Assembly (NCBI GenBank): GCA_017471025.1
Contig: JAFUWX010000045.1
Coordinates: 11,424-75,423, forward strand
DNA: 64,000 nucleotides
Reading direction: 5' to 3'
Origin: Bacteroidales bacterium
GTDB taxonomy: Bacteria; Bacteroidota; Bacteroidia; Bacteroidales; UBA932
The notes beneath the pieces are model-generated. The model was not told the origin of the DNA, made no database searches, and was given only the letters and a program-made list of their open reading frames with translations. Numbering within the stretch: the first letter of the stretch is position 1; every line of letters starts with the position of its first letter. The translations under genes were made by a program, and so were the position numbers. This document shows, one piece after another, positions 60,559-64,000 of the stretch.

Positions 60559-63390
60559 CTAACGATACTTGATTTCCGTCGGCATCATTTCCCCTCCTTC
60601 CTGAAGGACGCCCCGGTATTCCGTCACCGGATTTTTCTTATTCAGCCGGAAACTGACGTTCAGCAGGATATACCTCCCGGAAGCCGGGCTCCACTGCTGG
60701 ATGCGCAGATTCGGCTGCACCGTGTTTTTGAATGCGGCGGAAGCGTTCAGCAGGTCGTTCAGGGATACGCTCACGCCCATGCGGCCTTTCAGCAAGGTGG
60801 TCCCCAGGACGAGATCCAGGATGTGGAAAGAGCTGTCCAGCCCCGTACTGCGGAAAAACCAGGTGGCATCCCACGTATAGAAGCCCTTGACAAACCAATG
60901 GCCCGCGAACTGGTAGTGCATCTGGGCCCGGGTACGGTTGGACAACGATACCAGCACCGGCATACCTTCTGTCGTAGCGGTACGGGTAAAATGCTGGATC
61001 GTGGAGACCAAGAAAGACAGTTTCCGCGACGGCCGGATGTTCGCCTGGAGATACACAGCCGGTTCCAGACTGAAGGTGTTTACCGGGCTGTCACCGACAA
61101 AAGCCTGATTCCTTCTGAGGGTGAAATCAGGCCGGACGGTGAAGGTCGTCTTGATTTTCTGTACACGCTGCTGCCAAGATGCGGACACATGACCGTAATA
61201 GTCGAAATCCGCATTCCGATAACTGAGAAGGGTCGCACCGGCCCGGGCCAGACAGCCACCCGGCAACGGGGTGTCGGCGCCGCAATATTCCATGGCGGCA
61301 ACAATAGGCTCCAAGGTCAGGCTGGACGACAGCGAAAGAATCAGGGAACCGGCTTTCCCGACCTTCGGGAAAGCATAATTCCCGATCAGGGAATGCAGTT
61401 TGGACGGCTTGACCGACGCGTTTCCCATCGTAATGAACAACGGATTGCCATCGTCCACCCATTCTCTGAACTGCTCAGCAGTAGGGGCCGTATGCCGGAA
61501 GGAATAATTGGCGGAAGCAGGACCGACTTTCAGGTTGAGTATGCCGGAAGGGACGAAATACCATTTCCCTGTTTCCCGTAAGGACGGCACGGCTTCTTTG
61601 TCTTTTCTGTTGACAAATCCCGGGGACAGGCTCGCGGACAGGTTGATTCTATCCGTGCCCCATTCATAGGAAAAGGTCGGGGTCACGCCGATATCTGACA
61701 ATACGTAATCGAACGAATTGTCCAGGTTGGGGACAAGGGTCTTGTCCGGAAGGATATTCAAAGATTCCCGCAGGCAATGGTTTTGCAGCAGATAGGCAAA
61801 CACCGAAAAAGACAGCGAGGAAGTCCGCTGGAGGTCATTCTTCAATAATTTCCGCAGGAAGAACTGGCCGGAGACGTTGAACTTTTCCTGGGAACGATCG
61901 GCGGTCAGATGGCGGAATATGGCAGATGTGGCGAGCGTATCCGCCTGGATGTTGTAGCCCTTGTCGCGGGAGGAACGGATATTGGCCGCCGCCTCCGGAA
62001 GCCATTCCGAACGGGTTTTATTCCCGGTCCATACCAAAGAGCCGTCCAGGGAGTAATCCCTGCCGCCAGACTGGTCCGTCAGATCCTGCAAGAGGTTATC
62101 GCCCCCAGACAACATAACGCTCCGCTGGTGGACAGAGCGCAGGTCCGTGCCCGCGGCCCTGAATCCCAGCCCGGCCGCAAAGTTACCGGCCTTGGGAGAA
62201 TAGAGATTGGAACTGACCCGCACGTTGTGTTCCCCGCCGGTGGAAGCGGAACGGAATGCATCCGTGTCTGTCCGGGAGAGATTTCCGTCCGGAGAGAAAT
62301 AGTCTGATACCGAACGATTTCTGTCCCGGGTATAATCATGATTGTAGTCGTATAAGACTTTCACATGGTTTCCCAGCAGCCGGTCGCCCCAATACTTTTC
62401 CACGCCCGCCGATACGCCGGCCAGCTCAGTATATTTCCTCAGCGCACCTTCACTGCGAAGGAATTCGTCGCGCCGGAAAGACGTTTTCTGTAAATTGTTC
62501 GCATGGGCCGTCGTATATGCCAGGAACTTCTCCGAAAAGAAATTGGCGACAAGTCCGGCGCCATACCGGCCCTGCAGCTGCCCGTTTTCATCTTTGCCGG
62601 TATCGATTCCGCCGGAGAGCATCGCGTGCCCGTCAAACGCGGAAACGATGGGGTCCCGGGTTGTGATGTCGAGCACCCTTTCCTTTCTGTCGTGGAGGAT
62701 GCCCAGCCTGCGGCTGTTGATACTCGCTTCCTCATACGACTTGATATTCAGGACGTCGGAGGCCATGATGGACACCAGCGGGGTCATGCTGTTGTCTCCG
62801 AAAATCAGACGCCCGTTGACGTATGTCCGCTTGACCGGTTCGCCGTTGACCGTGATGACGCCGTTTTGGATGGTAACACCCGGCATCTGGGCCAGGATTT
62901 CCAGCGCACTGTCCTCGCTGGAGGTGCGCACCGCAGAAGCCGAGAAAATGACCGTATCGCCCCGATGGGTGACGGGAGAAGCTTCTTCGGAGACAATGGC
63001 TGAGGCCAGCAGGATCCGCTTGACCTTCAATTGTATCAGAAGGACCGTGACACCTTCTGTGGCATCGATGACGCCGACATAATCTCGATAACCGAGTTTT
63101 GAGACCCGGATCCGGGCTCTTCCGGCAGGTATGGCGTCCAGGGCGAAATGCCCAGCCTTGTCGGTCATGGCCACGCAGGAATCCTGTCCGAAACGCAGGC
63201 TGACAAAGGCATCCGCCACCGGCCCCTTCACTTTTTGTTGCGCGACATTCGTAACTTCATAGACGGAGCCGGTGATTCTGGCGACAGGCTCCTGTACCGC
63301 GTTTTTCCCGGAAGAAGAAAAGGGGAAAAGGATAAACAGTACAAGAGCGGCCCCCAAGCCGCTGACCATCCGAAGTATCCTGGCGTCCAT
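60559..63390 (-). CDS. Large outer-membrane beta-barrel protein with carboxypeptidase-regulatory-like and plug-like domains
   Basis: Signal peptide, TDKAGHFAL, RGDTVIFSA, LAQMPGV, YVNGRLIFG, GNASVKPS, SLNDLLN, GRYILLNVSFRL. Confidence 0.8.
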   Translation of the reverse strand: MDARILRMVSGLGAALVLFILFPFSSSGKNAVQEPVARITGSVYEVTNVAQQKVKGPVADAFVSLRFGQDSCVAMTDKAGHFALDAIPAGRARIRVSKLGYRDYVGVIDATEGVTVLLIQLKVKRILLASAIVSEEASPVTHRGDTVIFSASAVRTSSEDSALEILAQMPGVTIQNGVITVNGEPVKRTYVNGRLIFGDNSMTPLVSIMASDVLNIKSYEEASINSRRLGILHDRKERVLDITTRDPIVSAFDGHAMLSGGIDTGKDENGQLQGRYGAGLVANFFSEKFLAYTTAHANNLQKTSFRRDEFLRSEGALRKYTELAGVSAGVEKYWGDRLLGNHVKVLYDYNHDYTRDRNRSVSDYFSPDGNLSRTDTDAFRSASTGGEHNVRVSSNLYSPKAGNFAAGLGFRAAGTDLRSVHQRSVMLSGGDNLLQDLTDQSGGRDYSLDGSLVWTGNKTRSEWLPEAAANIRSSRDKGYNIQADTLATSAIFRHLTADRSQEKFNVSGQFFLRKLLKNDLQRTSSLSFSVFAYLLQNHCLRESLNILPDKTLVPNLDNSFDYVLSDIGVTPTFSYEWGTDRINLSASLSPGFVNRKDKEAVPSLRETGKWYFVPSGILNLKVGPASANYSFRHTAPTAEQFREWVDDGNPLFITMGNASVKPSKLHSLIGNYAFPKVGKAGSLILSLSSSLTLEPIVAAMEYCGADTPLPGGCLARAGATLLSYRNADFDYYGHVSASWQQRVQKIKTTFTVRPDFTLRRNQAFVGDSPVNTFSLEPAVYLQANIRPSRKLSFLVSTIQHFTRTATTEGMPVLVSLSNRTRAQMHYQFAGHWFVKGFYTWDATWFFRSTGLDSSFHILDLVLGTTLLKGRMGVSVSLNDLLNASAAFKNTVQPNLRIQQWSPASGRYILLNVSFRLNKKNPVTEYRGVLQEGGEMMPTEIKYR

Positions 63391-63394
63391 AGTC

Positions 63395-63423
63395 TATTTG
63401 TACATTGTCCGTGTACAAATATA
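63395..63423. promoter_or_regulatory. -7 element overlapped by a 10-bp inverted repeat (candidate operator)
   Basis: tatttgtaca-N7-tgtacaaata; TATATTTG on minus at 63423-63416. Confidence 0.6.
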
Positions 63424-63445
63424 ACCATTTTCGTAGAAAAAAAAA

Positions 63446-64000
63446 TTACCGGATAAAACGGGGATCTTTCTGTTCGACGTAAGTGACGGTTTCGCCGTCA
63501 AAGACATACCAGTTCGAGCGGTCCATCCAGTCGCGGGTGAGCAGCAGACGCCCGCCATGGGGCAGGTCCCCTTCGAAATGGCTGTGGTAATGGCCGAAAA
63601 TATAGTAGTCCGCTCGCGCCTTCATGCCGTCCAGGTATTGATACAACGGCTCTTCGGCGCCGCGGAAACGGTAGGTCTCCCCTTTGGCCAGCCGGCTGCC
63701 CCGCGACCAGCGGTTCCCCAGGCCGAAGGCCAGGTGCGGATGCAGGGTCGAAAACAGGCGCTGCAGCGTCCGGTTATGGAAAATCCACTGCAGCAGCTTA
63801 TACCCCAGCATCCCCTTGCCGAGCCCGTCGCCGTGGCCCAGGCAGAAACGTTTGCCGGAGATGGTGACAAAATGCGGCTGGTCGAGCCGGACCATCCCCA
63901 GGCTCTCAAAATAGCTGTAGGTCCAGATGTCGTGGTTACCCCGGAAGAAATACACCTTCACGCCGGCGTCCATCAGATCCAGCAGGGCGGCGAATACGCG
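63446..64000 (-). CDS. UDP-2,3-diacylglucosamine diphosphatase (LpxH-like), 5' end outside the window
   Basis: Metallophosphoesterase motifs GNHD, HGDG, GHYH, DW; frame open to the window edge. Confidence 0.82.
   Translation of the reverse strand, partial: RVFAALLDLMDAGVKVYFFRGNHDIWTYSYFESLGMVRLDQPHFVTISGKRFCLGHGDGLGKGMLGYKLLQWIFHNRTLQRLFSTLHPHLAFGLGNRWSRGSRLAKGETYRFRGAEEPLYQYLDGMKARADYYIFGHYHSHFEGDLPHGGRLLLTRDWMDRSNWYVFDGETVTYVEQKDPRFIR

Overview
A GC-rich window from a Bacteroidota chromosome, probably order Bacteroidales. Support: about a dozen TAnnTTTG -7 promoter elements, T9SS-type and lipoprotein signals, Mfa-like fimbrillin, GH92 and S46 genes. It is mostly core genome: ricT-holB-ispB-trxA; a TolC-MFP-RND operon ending in a small P-II-like gene; lgt, yhhN and lolD; pgk; recO; S41 protease; rdgB; manA-GH92-gpmI; rnr; a nagB pair; hppA; and the ribosomal block rplP to rplQ. 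I saw no rRNA, tRNA, CRISPR array, transposase, integrase or reverse transcriptase. The best candidate for an uncharacterised system is the SusD-less envelope locus at 26.4-37.8 kb: membrane polyferredoxin with HMA-like repeats, TonB-dependent receptor, DUF4876-like lipoprotein, second beta-barrel, FISUMP-tipped fimbrillin and S46 peptidase. Other candidates are the RND pump with a P-II-like partner, and an ECF sigma about 26 kb from its likely anti-sigma pair, which carries its own ECF-type promoter. Oddities: the S10 operon is broken so that rplP has its own promoter and structured leader; rpmC has TAA at codon 2; the long NagB lacks the catalytic His; an AAA-ATPase remnant follows a long palindrome; and some mRNAs may be leaderless. 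Family names come from my recognition of motifs, not from database searches.
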